Shown: piece by piece, positions 18,499 to 26,310 of the stretch
Layout: each line of letters begins with the position of its first letter
How positions within the stretch are numbered: position 1 is the first letter of the stretch
Source: a virus
DNA: 45,441 nucleotides
Reading direction: 5' to 3' (one strand)
Virus record (IMG/VR): IMGVR_UViG_3300045988_038629
Location: 1-45,441 of that record
The notes under the pieces: model-generated
Database searches by the model: none
The model's input: the letters and a program-made list of their open reading frames with translations, nothing else
Told to the model about the DNA's origin: nothing
Program-made: the position numbers and the translations under genes

Positions 18499-18720
18499 CT
18501 ATTTCATTCCTTTCAACATGTGCTGGAATTGCCCTGCCATCTGTTGAACTTGATTGAGCTGCTGTTGAGAAATCTTTCCAGACTGCAACATTTTCTCGAC
18601 TTCTGCTTTCGGATCTCCCTTAAAATTCTGCTTAAACTGCATAAACTGCTGTATCATCTGCATTGGTCCGTTTCCCTGTGTCATCCCACCGCCAAGCGCG
18701 TTAAATAGTGGATTACTCAT
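18499..18720 (-). CDS. Hypothetical Q-rich 73-aa protein
   Basis: GGGAGGAA RBS. Overlaps the upstream gene by 8 nt. Confidence 0.6.
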   Translation of the reverse strand: MSNPLFNALGGGMTQGNGPMQMIQQFMQFKQNFKGDPKAEVEKMLQSGKISQQQLNQVQQMAGQFQHMLKGMK

Positions 18721-19183
18721 CTGCGTTTCCTCCCTTGACTGCTGATTCCTGTGCGGTATTAGCCCTAACAGGCTCAGAAAAAGAATTTAATCTACTTGCT
18801 ATAGCGTCGAATTTGGCTTTTAAATCGTCGTATTCCTTTCTGGTGACGTATTTACTGTCCATACTCTGAACAGGCTGTTTAGGCGGCATCTGAGCGCCCA
18901 CCTCATGGTATTCAAACGTCCGTAATGGTTGCGGCATACCGGAAACGTCTGTGGATTTTATATAGAATTTTTCTGATTCTGAATCCATCAGCAAAACGCT
19001 TGTCCCTGGTGCTACCAGATAGGATTTTGCACCTACTTCGCCAGACACCCACAGGATTCCATTGTTATTCTGCTGTGGTTGCTGCACTGGTTGAGCTGGC
19101 ATCTGGACAGGTTGTTGCTGGAACTGGTTCATTTGCCCAGGGACGCCAAAACTATATTGATAAGGATTGTTATATAATGCCAT
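18713..19183 (-). CDS. Hypothetical protein with a Q/P-rich N-terminus
   Basis: ATG at 19181-19183. QMNQFQQQPVQMPAQPVQQPQQNNN followed by the GILWVSGEVGAKSYLVAPGTSVLLMDSE core. Confidence 0.6.
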   Translation of the reverse strand: MALYNNPYQYSFGVPGQMNQFQQQPVQMPAQPVQQPQQNNNGILWVSGEVGAKSYLVAPGTSVLLMDSESEKFYIKSTDVSGMPQPLRTFEYHEVGAQMPPKQPVQSMDSKYVTRKEYDDLKAKFDAIASRLNSFSEPVRANTAQESAVKGGNADE

Positions 19184-19216
19184 CTTATACACCGCCTTTC
19201 TGATTATATTTTTGCA

Positions 19217-19252
19217 TAAAAAAAGAACCGGAAACAGGTCGTTTCTGGCTCT
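19217..19252 (-). terminator. Intrinsic terminator after the small HTH gene
   Basis: Minus strand: AGAGCCAGAAAC-GACCT-GTTTCCGGTTCT followed by TTTTTTT. Confidence 0.75.
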
Positions 19253-19271
19253 AATTAGTATCTAAAAAGTA

Positions 19272-19472
19272 TCAGCACACTTTGATTATTTTATTATTTA
19301 CCCTCCGGCTTAACCGCTTTGCTGTAGATATGCTCACGTTCATTTGCTCAGCGCAGTATTCGAGCGTATATTCCTTGCATCTCAACCGGAACAGTCTTTC
19401 TTCGTCCGGTGTAAAATTACACTCTATCAAGAATCTGTCTATATCTTTCTTAGTGAACACATATAATTTCAT
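19272..19472 (-). CDS. Small sigma-70 region-4-like HTH protein (putative transcription regulator)
   Basis: TPDEERLFRLRCKEYTLEYCAEQMNVSISTAKRLSRRVNNKI matches the region-4 HTH pattern. Confidence 0.55.
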   Translation of the reverse strand: MKLYVFTKKDIDRFLIECNFTPDEERLFRLRCKEYTLEYCAEQMNVSISTAKRLSRRVNNKIIKVC

Positions 19473-19495
19473 GAGCATACCCCTTATTAATGCAA

Positions 19496-19801
19496 TTAAC
19501 GCTGATTCTGTGCAAGATAATTTGTAAGCTTCTGTTTTGTTTTTTTTAATTCTTCTACATTATTCCCACTAATCTGGCTGTCCAGCATGGTTGATAACAC
19601 TTCCAGAATTAATGAATCTCGCTCTGCAATCCTCTGAAGACTCTCAAAGTCACGCTTGTCGTGTTCTTCCAGTGTTTCTACTCGCTTATTAAGTCGGAAT
19701 GCCGGGGTAATCCATTTAAAGATTACAGCCGCTGCCCCTCCGACAATAGACACCCCTCCGCAGATAGAAAGGAAAATCTGTACAAATTCTGATATGCTCA
19801 T
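19496..19801 (-). CDS. Hypothetical membrane protein (N-terminal TM + coiled coil)
   Basis: FLSICGGVSIVGGAAAVIFKWI followed by a charged helix. Confidence 0.55.
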   Translation of the reverse strand: MSISEFVQIFLSICGGVSIVGGAAAVIFKWITPAFRLNKRVETLEEHDKRDFESLQRIAERDSLILEVLSTMLDSQISGNNVEELKKTKQKLTNYLAQNQR

Positions 19802-19805
19802 TTAG

Positions 19806-20189
19806 CTACTCCTTTTCCCAGTAATATACCGGGACTTCATTTCCGGAATCCCATGTATCATAATATTTACCATCTTGTACTGTCACCACATGACCATCTA
19901 TACAAAGGATATACGTACCTGTCGGATGGTCTGTACAAAAGTCGTTGACTGTATAGATATATCGCTCTGATTGTTCAATCAGTTTGCGTCTGTACCCGCG
20001 TTTATAGAGGTACGCTCCCCAAACATAATTTGCACTCGGCATATCTGACAGAGTGCACGCCTGTATCATTAATCCGACGAATACCGTTTCCCAGTCGAAG
20101 CCAGTTGCTTTGCATATTGCTCGGACAACGCAATCTCCTGTTCTTTTATCCTTAACAGGATTTGGATTATAATATTCCCATCTGTCCAT
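19806..20189 (-). CDS. Hypothetical papain-fold-like Cys/His protein
   Basis: NPNPVKDKRTGDCVVRAI (Cys) ... IDGHVVTVQDGKYYDTWDSG (His). Confidence 0.5.
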   Translation of the reverse strand: MDRWEYYNPNPVKDKRTGDCVVRAICKATGFDWETVFVGLMIQACTLSDMPSANYVWGAYLYKRGYRRKLIEQSERYIYTVNDFCTDHPTGTYILCIDGHVVTVQDGKYYDTWDSGNEVPVYYWEKE

Positions 20190-20662
20190 CAGTCAATCCC
20201 CTTTGCTGTCTTATATCGTTTTGCCGCTCCTCTGGCTTTTGCGGCGTTCTGGCGGTCCCATTTAGCTATCATAAGTCGGTCTTGCAGTTCTCTCAGGTCA
20301 TTCTGCTTGCAGTAGTCCTTATATGCAGCATTTTGTTTCTGTAAAAGATAAGACTTCCGGTCAAGGTCTTGCTGTAATGCGAATTTCGCCTTTTCGTTCG
20401 GTGCATTGTCGACTCCTGCTTGTAATCCAAGAACCTCTCTCTTTGTTTTGCGGATTCTTCGCTCATAAGTACGTTGCCGCTGTTCTTTTTCGTACTGTTT
20501 GCCTTTGTCGGCTTTGTCCTGTGCTGATAATTCTGTATAAGGGTTCGGCATTCCTTCCGCCCAAACTGAAAAATGATGTCTGCAATTTACTCCGCATATT
20601 CCATCGGCTTCGCCATAATGACAATTTTCAATAAAATCAGGATAAGTATGTTTTTTATTCAT
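20189..20662 (-). CDS. C-terminal fragment of the head-morphogenesis/minor capsid protein 2 (SPP1 gp7/Mu F-like)
   Basis: The GICGVNCRHHF motif is typical of the family's C-terminal part. Has its own GGGGTGA RBS and ATG. Confidence 0.65.
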   Translation of the reverse strand: MNKKHTYPDFIENCHYGEADGICGVNCRHHFSVWAEGMPNPYTELSAQDKADKGKQYEKEQRQRTYERRIRKTKREVLGLQAGVDNAPNEKAKFALQQDLDRKSYLLQKQNAAYKDYCKQNDLRELQDRLMIAKWDRQNAAKARGAAKRYKTAKGID

Positions 20663-20679
20663 AAATAGTCACCCCATAA

Positions 20680-21360
20680 TTACTCAATATTTGTATATCC
20701 CCAATATTTTAATTCCATTTGTTTCCTTGCCATTACTGCTTCTTCTTTGGTTTTAAAAACTCGATCTTCTACGCGTTTTCCGCCTACAGAAATATAAGCT
20801 CTCCATTTTGAATGATTATTGTCAAATAAAACTCCCTTTATACCACTTTTATTGTTCTTGTTTAATGTTGTGGGATTTTTTATGTTTTCTACAATTTCGT
20901 CAAAAGTCCATCCATGATTAAGCCTTTTTCTTATATATTCACGATGAACGCCAAAGAAATGTTCCCATTCACCTACGGTTTTTGTATCTCCTTGGTATTT
21001 AATTTTCCAACTGCTTTGTTTGTTGTTGTTTTGCCATTCTAATGGCACCCACCGACAATTATCAGGAGAATACCCTTTATTAACATCTATCCTGTCTATT
21101 GTAAGTTCTTTTTCGTACCCGCTTGTGTAAGCCCATAATAAAAAAGGTTTGAATTCTTTCCATTCATCACATACTGTTATTCCTCTATCAAAATACGCCA
21201 CTTTGTTATGAGGCTGTGCCTTTTCAGATGTTCTTATTTTCATGCCTGCCCATATTTTGTATAATCGAGTTCCTGCCATTCCGTGAGAATATCTGTAGGA
21301 TTTCCCTGAAAGTGGTTTTTCTTTTTTACCATTTTTAATACAAAATTCTTCAAAAGTCAT
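20680..21360 (-). CDS. HNH homing endonuclease with a C-terminal AP2 DNA-binding domain
   Basis: LTIDRIDVNKGYSPDNCRWVPLEWQNNN (HNH_3) and GIKGVLFDNNHSKWRAYISVGGKRV...EEA (AP2). Start at MTFEEF with an AAAGGAGAA RBS. Confidence 0.8.
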   Translation of the reverse strand: MTFEEFCIKNGKKEKPLSGKSYRYSHGMAGTRLYKIWAGMKIRTSEKAQPHNKVAYFDRGITVCDEWKEFKPFLLWAYTSGYEKELTIDRIDVNKGYSPDNCRWVPLEWQNNNKQSSWKIKYQGDTKTVGEWEHFFGVHREYIRKRLNHGWTFDEIVENIKNPTTLNKNNKSGIKGVLFDNNHSKWRAYISVGGKRVEDRVFKTKEEAVMARKQMELKYWGYTNIE

Positions 21361-21473
21361 TGCGTTTTCTCCTTTCAACTACATTTATCTACATTCAATT
21401 ATATCATTATTTTATTTTAATTGCAAGTAGTTGAAAGTTATGATAAGCTTTAGTATGAAAGGAGTTGAATAAA

Positions 21474-21641
21474 ATGTCAAATAACAGAGGTTTAAAAAAC
21501 CGTGTAGCAATATCAAATGCTATTGATCGTGAAATTTACGAAAAATTAAAATCGTATTCTGATGATACTGGAATACCTATCAGTAAATTGCTCGATAAAG
21601 CAATTTCATTGTATCTCGATTCTATCAAAGATAAGGCTTGA
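21474..21641 (+). CDS. Ribbon-helix-helix (CopG/Arc-like) protein, 55 aa
   Basis: Translation MSNNRGLKNRVAISNAIDREIYEKLKSYSDDTGIPISKLLDKAISLYLDSIKDKA. GAAAGGAG RBS. Below the ORF-track size cutoff. Confidence 0.6.
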   Translation: MSNNRGLKNRVAISNAIDREIYEKLKSYSDDTGIPISKLLDKAISLYLDSIKDKA

Positions 21642-22305
21642 TTTCTTTTAATTTTTCCCAGTCTATAGAGAATACCTGCCCTTGCCACACTTCATGGCTT
21701 GGGCGGCTTCCTATATGTGCCGATGTCAGCACTAAGCCATATCCCATTTCTTTCATTCTTGCTAACTGAATATCAGCACACGCCTGAGCCACACCAGTTC
21801 TGACAGAACGCGCAACTGCGGTTTCAATCGTGTCTTTTCTGCCAGATGGATATGTGACGGTGACACCATCTGATACAACATTATTAACCGCCTCTTTGAC
21901 GGCTTGCGTATATCCAACTGCCCCAGTCATCACATGATTATATGCAAGGTCGCATTGCTCAATATAGAGCCTCTGAGCGGCACTTGCGGTTGTTCGTGTA
22001 AAGTTCTTCCACTCGCCCATGGTTGCAAGCATATTCCGCTCCATGAGTCTTATCATTGTCGGTGACTGTTCGAGCGGTACAGGGCTTAGTCCTGCCGCCT
22101 TATAGACCTTGTCGTCATAGTTCATTGCAGTGATTCCGGCATCCTCAAACGCTTCAAGAAGTTCCTGCTGTTCACGTTTGGTATATTTGGATAATTCCGC
22201 TAGAATGTCCTCTAACAGCTCGCCGGACTCTTGTAGCGTTCTGATTCTCCATGCATCAGCATTGGTCAGAATATAATCTTCACCTCTGCCGATTCTTGCC
22301 ATCAT
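21625..22305 (-). CDS. N-terminal fragment of the head-morphogenesis/minor capsid protein 2
   Basis: SAHIGSRPSHEVWQGQVF motif. The frame stays open upstream to 22407 and encodes family-like sequence (LSPEYLRRITEGSEQIAEELHQYIISEIVSR) with no ATG/GTG/TTG codon. A possible ATT/ATA start lies at 22404/22401 after a GAGGTGA RBS. Confidence 0.65.
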   Translation of the reverse strand: MMARIGRGEDYILTNADAWRIRTLQESGELLEDILAELSKYTKREQQELLEAFEDAGITAMNYDDKVYKAAGLSPVPLEQSPTMIRLMERNMLATMGEWKNFTRTTASAAQRLYIEQCDLAYNHVMTGAVGYTQAVKEAVNNVVSDGVTVTYPSGRKDTIETAVARSVRTGVAQACADIQLARMKEMGYGLVLTSAHIGSRPSHEVWQGQVFSIDWEKLKEIKPYL

Positions 22306-22483
22306 CCTCGATACGATCTCAGAGATGATATACTGGTGCAGTTCTTCTGCAATTTGTTCGCTTCCCTCTGTTATCCGGCGTAAATATTCAGGACTAAGTA
22401 TAATGTATCACCTCTTTCGATAAATGTTGTGGTACATGTTTTAAAAATATGCTACAATCAACCTATTAAGGAGGTGTCGCAAA

Positions 22484-22711
22484 ATGTTTTTAAAACTGAA
22501 AATTTATTGCACTTGTAATTGCAACTATTACGTAAACGAGCAAATTAACACGGAAAAGGTAATTTGCCCAAACTGTGGTAAAGAACATCCGTCTTCATCA
22601 CAAATTATATCTATGCTTCACATGGCTAAGTGCATTGATGATGGCAATGTCCCTGGCGTAAATACAGTAAGGACATTTGCTGTATCCAAGCGAGAAGATT
22701 CTGGCTGTTAA
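22484..22711 (+). CDS. Zinc-ribbon protein (75 aa), antisense-embedded moron
   Basis: CTCNC...CPNCG. AAGGAGGTG RBS, upstream TGCTACAAT extended -10, and a terminator directly downstream. Confidence 0.6.
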   Translation: MFLKLKIYCTCNCNYYVNEQINTEKVICPNCGKEHPSSSQIISMLHMAKCIDDGNVPGVNTVRTFAVSKREDSGC

Positions 22712-22726
22712 TAATGTTATTGCAAA

Positions 22727-22760
22727 GTGGAGAGGAGTTTTAATCCTCCCCACTTTTTTT
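22727..22760 (+). terminator. Intrinsic terminator of the zinc-ribbon gene
   Basis: GTGGAGAGGA-GTTTTAA-TCCTCCCCAC followed by TTTTTTT. Confidence 0.75.
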
Positions 22761-22861
22761 ACTTAATTCACTAAAACTCTCTTGTAATTGGCTTTGGAAT
22801 TTCACCTGTCAAATATGCGAGGTATTTTTCTTCCCTTGTTACCGGCTTATCTGCCATCTTT

Positions 22862-24307
22862 TTACTCCTCTCCGAATAGTGTTGGTTCCTTTGGCTCGGC
22901 TTCTTTGACCATTGCTTTCGCTTCTTCCTCAGTCATTCCTTCAAACTTTACAAAATACAACCATGCCGGAACCTTGCCAGTAGTTACATACTGCCACCAC
23001 CTTGCACGGTCGTTTTCTCTAACATAGAGGATGTCTCCGAAATCATAATTGACTTCATAAGCTCCGACAGGTGCAAGTCCGTACAGGTCAGCGTAAACGT
23101 TCAGCGCGTAAATTACTTCGTCCAGACAGGATTCCAGTTTGTCCCTCACGTCTTTGATAAACTGGACTGTCCTCTGCTGTTCTGCTTCTACTCCAGTAGC
23201 CGTCTGAATTCCGCTAGATTCGTTAAAAACAAAGTATCCGTTAGAGAACCCAATCTTGTACCCTAACTGGCTTAAAAGAGCATTTATGCCGCTTATACGG
23301 GTATCAGTGTTTAGAATCGGGTTGATTTCTTGGTAAAACTCTTTCTCATCCTGTCCGAATACATTTTTCACATAATCCGGCAAGCTCATTTCTTTGCATC
23401 TGTGCTCCATGGTCTGCGGTGTCATGGCAGATACTGGTGATCCGCTCGGCATCAGCAGTCGGTCATCTACCAGAGCGGTTCTCTTAGAATCAAGGATTTC
23501 TTTTGCATTACGGCTGTATGCAATGTCCAGATCTTTCAACTCTTCAATTGCTTCTGCAAATATCGGTAAGCCAAATGGTGTACTGATATCTACATTGTTC
23601 GCCTGTGGAGTCCGCAGAACTCCGTACAGAGGTCCGTCCAGCTTCTCGCCATTTGCTTTGAGAATCGGCGGCGTATCTGCCATGAGGTCAGCCCATTTGG
23701 TCTGTTTAAGGTCGATTTTATCGCCGATTGACTGAGGGGATTTCGACACATAAGCTCTGTTAGAAACGTAGTACGGATAGGTTGTCACGCCGTCCACGGT
23801 GGTTTCAACAAATCTATGATATTCAAGCCTTGTATAGTATTTCCGTCCAACAGTGTAAGAATCTTTAAATATGATTCCCTTAATCTCCTGATTGTCGTAG
23901 TCCACTATCATCACATCTGCCGGAGTAAATACGTCAAGGCTCTCGCCGTTTGGCTTAATGAACACCGTTCCGTAAGCGCAGCCGTATTCTACCCAGTGCC
24001 GAATCTGGAAGTATACCTTGTCAATCTGTTCCTGTAACCATGTTGCCCTTGCAGAACCATCTATCTGAATGCCAATCGCCAGTGTTGCAAGTCTGGCAGT
24101 CTCAGAACACACAGATTTAGCAAAATTAATCGTCTTGATGTTATTCTTATCATCTAGCCAGTATGGAACGCCTCGATATATGTTCGCACATTTATTAATC
24201 AACGATTCCATCTCTGGGAATTCTGCCGCCTGGATATTAAAGTCCTCTTCGGCTTGTTTTTTGAATATCATGTTAAACCACCTTTTTAGTGTTGTTATAA
24301 GTCCCAT
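22862..24307 (-). CDS. Portal protein (SPP1 gp6-like)
   Basis: 481 aa, downstream of terL. Family-like N-terminal region. Confidence 0.85.
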   Translation of the reverse strand: MGLITTLKRWFNMIFKKQAEEDFNIQAAEFPEMESLINKCANIYRGVPYWLDDKNNIKTINFAKSVCSETARLATLAIGIQIDGSARATWLQEQIDKVYFQIRHWVEYGCAYGTVFIKPNGESLDVFTPADVMIVDYDNQEIKGIIFKDSYTVGRKYYTRLEYHRFVETTVDGVTTYPYYVSNRAYVSKSPQSIGDKIDLKQTKWADLMADTPPILKANGEKLDGPLYGVLRTPQANNVDISTPFGLPIFAEAIEELKDLDIAYSRNAKEILDSKRTALVDDRLLMPSGSPVSAMTPQTMEHRCKEMSLPDYVKNVFGQDEKEFYQEINPILNTDTRISGINALLSQLGYKIGFSNGYFVFNESSGIQTATGVEAEQQRTVQFIKDVRDKLESCLDEVIYALNVYADLYGLAPVGAYEVNYDFGDILYVRENDRARWWQYVTTGKVPAWLYFVKFEGMTEEEAKAMVKEAEPKEPTLFGEE

Positions 24308-24499
24308 TTAGTCACCTGTCGCAATCTTCTTTCCACACGTCGGACAATAATTAAGATCAAACGGTCTGGAAGTAATGCTTCCTTTTCGGTCTTTCATGTA
24401 CATGTACAACATACAGCCGTATATATATTTGTTCTTCTTACATTCTGGATTATCATAGTATTCTTTGCAGGAAGCTAAATTATCACAAAATTTACACAT
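24308..24499 (-). CDS. Small zinc-ribbon protein
   Basis: CKFC...CPTCG. Tightly packed between the terL and portal genes. Confidence 0.5.
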   Translation of the reverse strand: MCKFCDNLASCKEYYDNPECKKNKYIYGCMLYMYMKDRKGSITSRPFDLNYCPTCGKKIATGD

Positions 24500-25755
24500 T
24501 ATGCACTGTGCCCCCTTCTCATGGACAATGGACTGGTTGCGTATCTGAGAGAATCTATCCAGTGATCGTTTCCATCTGGATAATCTGCAATCACTTCTCC
24601 ATTGCTATCTACTTCATGTTCATAATTGATAATTTCCTTGTATGCTCTAGGCGTTCGTGCCGGATCAATGACTAATGTTCGGCACTGTAACCACTCAAAA
24701 GTATATTTGCGGCTTCCCGGTGTAACAATGGCCCTACGTGCTGGAAGCCCTGCATCTCGGAAGTCAATAATACTTTCTTCTTCATCAACTCCGCAAGATA
24801 TTGAATAATCATCATATCCTTTTTTCTTTATCTGGTTAGCCATTTCCTTGTTTCTTATCTTGGAGCCTCCAAGTTCGTCTAATAAAAAAACTTTTTCCTG
24901 ATTAGGAACATAAGCTACACGGAGAAATGCTTTAGGATCTGGATACCACCCCCAGTCCTGTCCCTGGTAGATACTTTGAAAGCTCTGAATCTCTTCATCT
25001 GTAATTTTTCGAATTTCTAACAGTTCGAAAATATTTGTTCCAAGTCCAACAGGAAGACCGAGATATTCATGGTCGTAAGCTCTCTGATTTGTTTTCTTCA
25101 GATGCTCTGCATCATCAATAAATTGCTGACCAAGCCATTCAACAGGAACTGATCTATAATCGCTCTTGTGTCTGTAGCTGTCAACTCTCGGTTCCTCCAC
25201 ATACACGTTCGCCCAGTTGCTCCGGCTGATCGGTGGATTAAATGTCTTAAATACTTCAAATTTGCTTCCACCACGAAGTACAGACTGTTGAACTGTACGG
25301 ATTTCTTCAATTCCGGCAAACTCATCAAGCTCCTCAAACCAAAGGTACTTGAAATATCCTTTTTTTACTTTTATGGACTTTGTTTTCTTAGCTTTATCCA
25401 GTCCTCTGAATATGATCTTTTGTCCTGTTGGCTTATACACATATTGCATAGGACTTAAACTGTCAGCCCATAAATCACTTGCTCCAAGCGCATCAATTCC
25501 CCATGCGATCTGTTCATACACGGATTCTCTGAGCGTATTACCGACTTTCCGAAAGATTACAGCATTTGACATTAAGCCATTCTCTGCATCCTGCATCATC
25601 TGAAACGGAATCATGCCGCCTACAAAAGATGATTTTGTGGATCCACGTCCACCGTACAGATCATAGTAAGTGTGTTTACCATCTAAAATATCCCAAAACA
25701 CATTGTAAAATGCTGGTGCCACAATCTCATTCAGTTTGATAGCGTTACTTTCCAT
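24499..25755 (-). CDS. terL: Terminase large subunit
   Basis: Walker A YGGRGSTKS. PBSX/Terminase_3-like layout. C-terminal nuclease region. Confidence 0.9.
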   Translation of the reverse strand: MESNAIKLNEIVAPAFYNVFWDILDGKHTYYDLYGGRGSTKSSFVGGMIPFQMMQDAENGLMSNAVIFRKVGNTLRESVYEQIAWGIDALGASDLWADSLSPMQYVYKPTGQKIIFRGLDKAKKTKSIKVKKGYFKYLWFEELDEFAGIEEIRTVQQSVLRGGSKFEVFKTFNPPISRSNWANVYVEEPRVDSYRHKSDYRSVPVEWLGQQFIDDAEHLKKTNQRAYDHEYLGLPVGLGTNIFELLEIRKITDEEIQSFQSIYQGQDWGWYPDPKAFLRVAYVPNQEKVFLLDELGGSKIRNKEMANQIKKKGYDDYSISCGVDEEESIIDFRDAGLPARRAIVTPGSRKYTFEWLQCRTLVIDPARTPRAYKEIINYEHEVDSNGEVIADYPDGNDHWIDSLRYATSPLSMRRGHSA

Positions 25756-26197
25756 CCTGTTTCTCCGGTCTTGGAATATTGTTCACAATCGTAATCTTTC
25801 CGTCTCCGAAATCATCATTTTTCTTGTCAGCGTCCCAACCCTTGAAGTTGTTTCTAAGACTAAACTGAGCACCATTGGAACCATCACGATCAAACAGTCG
25901 TTCTTCTGCATACTGTTCTACTCTGGCTTTCGCGCGCGTAATCGTGTCAACAAACTCTGGTTTTGCTTGATAGTTTAAAAGAGCCTGTCTGCTTGTAAAT
26001 CCAAGGGCCAGAGCAAGTCCTGTAACGGTCGGAGGGTGAACGTCTACAAAAACGGGAGACCCGAATTTATTAAACATTTGTTTGCCTTTGCTATCAGTTA
26101 AAGGATATCCTTTACAATACTCAAAATATTTTTCGATTTTTTTTTCAATTTCATCCACCGTTTTATACATGGGTGGTTTTCCCATTGGCATTCCCAC
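25745..26197 (-). CDS. terS: Terminase small subunit
   Basis: HTH-like PPTVTGLALALGFTSRQALLNY. Start probably the GTG at 26195-26197, 7 nt after GGAGG. Confidence 0.7.
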   Translation of the reverse strand: MGMPMGKPPMYKTVDEIEKKIEKYFEYCKGYPLTDSKGKQMFNKFGSPVFVDVHPPTVTGLALALGFTSRQALLNYQAKPEFVDTITRAKARVEQYAEERLFDRDGSNGAQFSLRNNFKGWDADKKNDDFGDGKITIVNNIPRPEKQDGK

Positions 26198-26251
26198 GTT
26201 CTCACCTCCAAACAAAAAACTGCCACATATGGCATATAGTCATAGATATAT

Positions 26252-26295
26252 ACTATATTACCATACATGGCAGAAAAATTTGTCCCCACATTTTA
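26252..26295 (-). promoter_or_regulatory. Candidate late promoter (AAAATGTGGGGACAA + TATAGT/TAATAT) upstream of terS
   Basis: 15-mer identical to 16538-16552. Confidence 0.5.
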
Positions 26296-26310
26296 ATATT
26301 AATTGTAGTA

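Larger units (their letters stand above)
20663..21641. mobile_element. About 1-kb insertion (HNH-AP2 homing endonuclease + antisense RHH gene) splitting the minor capsid protein 2 gene
   Basis: The flanking ORFs are the N- and C-terminal halves of one family. The insertion boundaries are approximate. Confidence 0.6.

Noticed and set aside
20663-21624. Group I intron carrying the HNH gene
   Set aside because: The downstream half-gene has its own RBS and ATG. Only 17 nt separate the HNH stop from that ATG. The 5' part of the interval is occupied by a well-formed antisense RHH gene. This is not excluded without RNA data.
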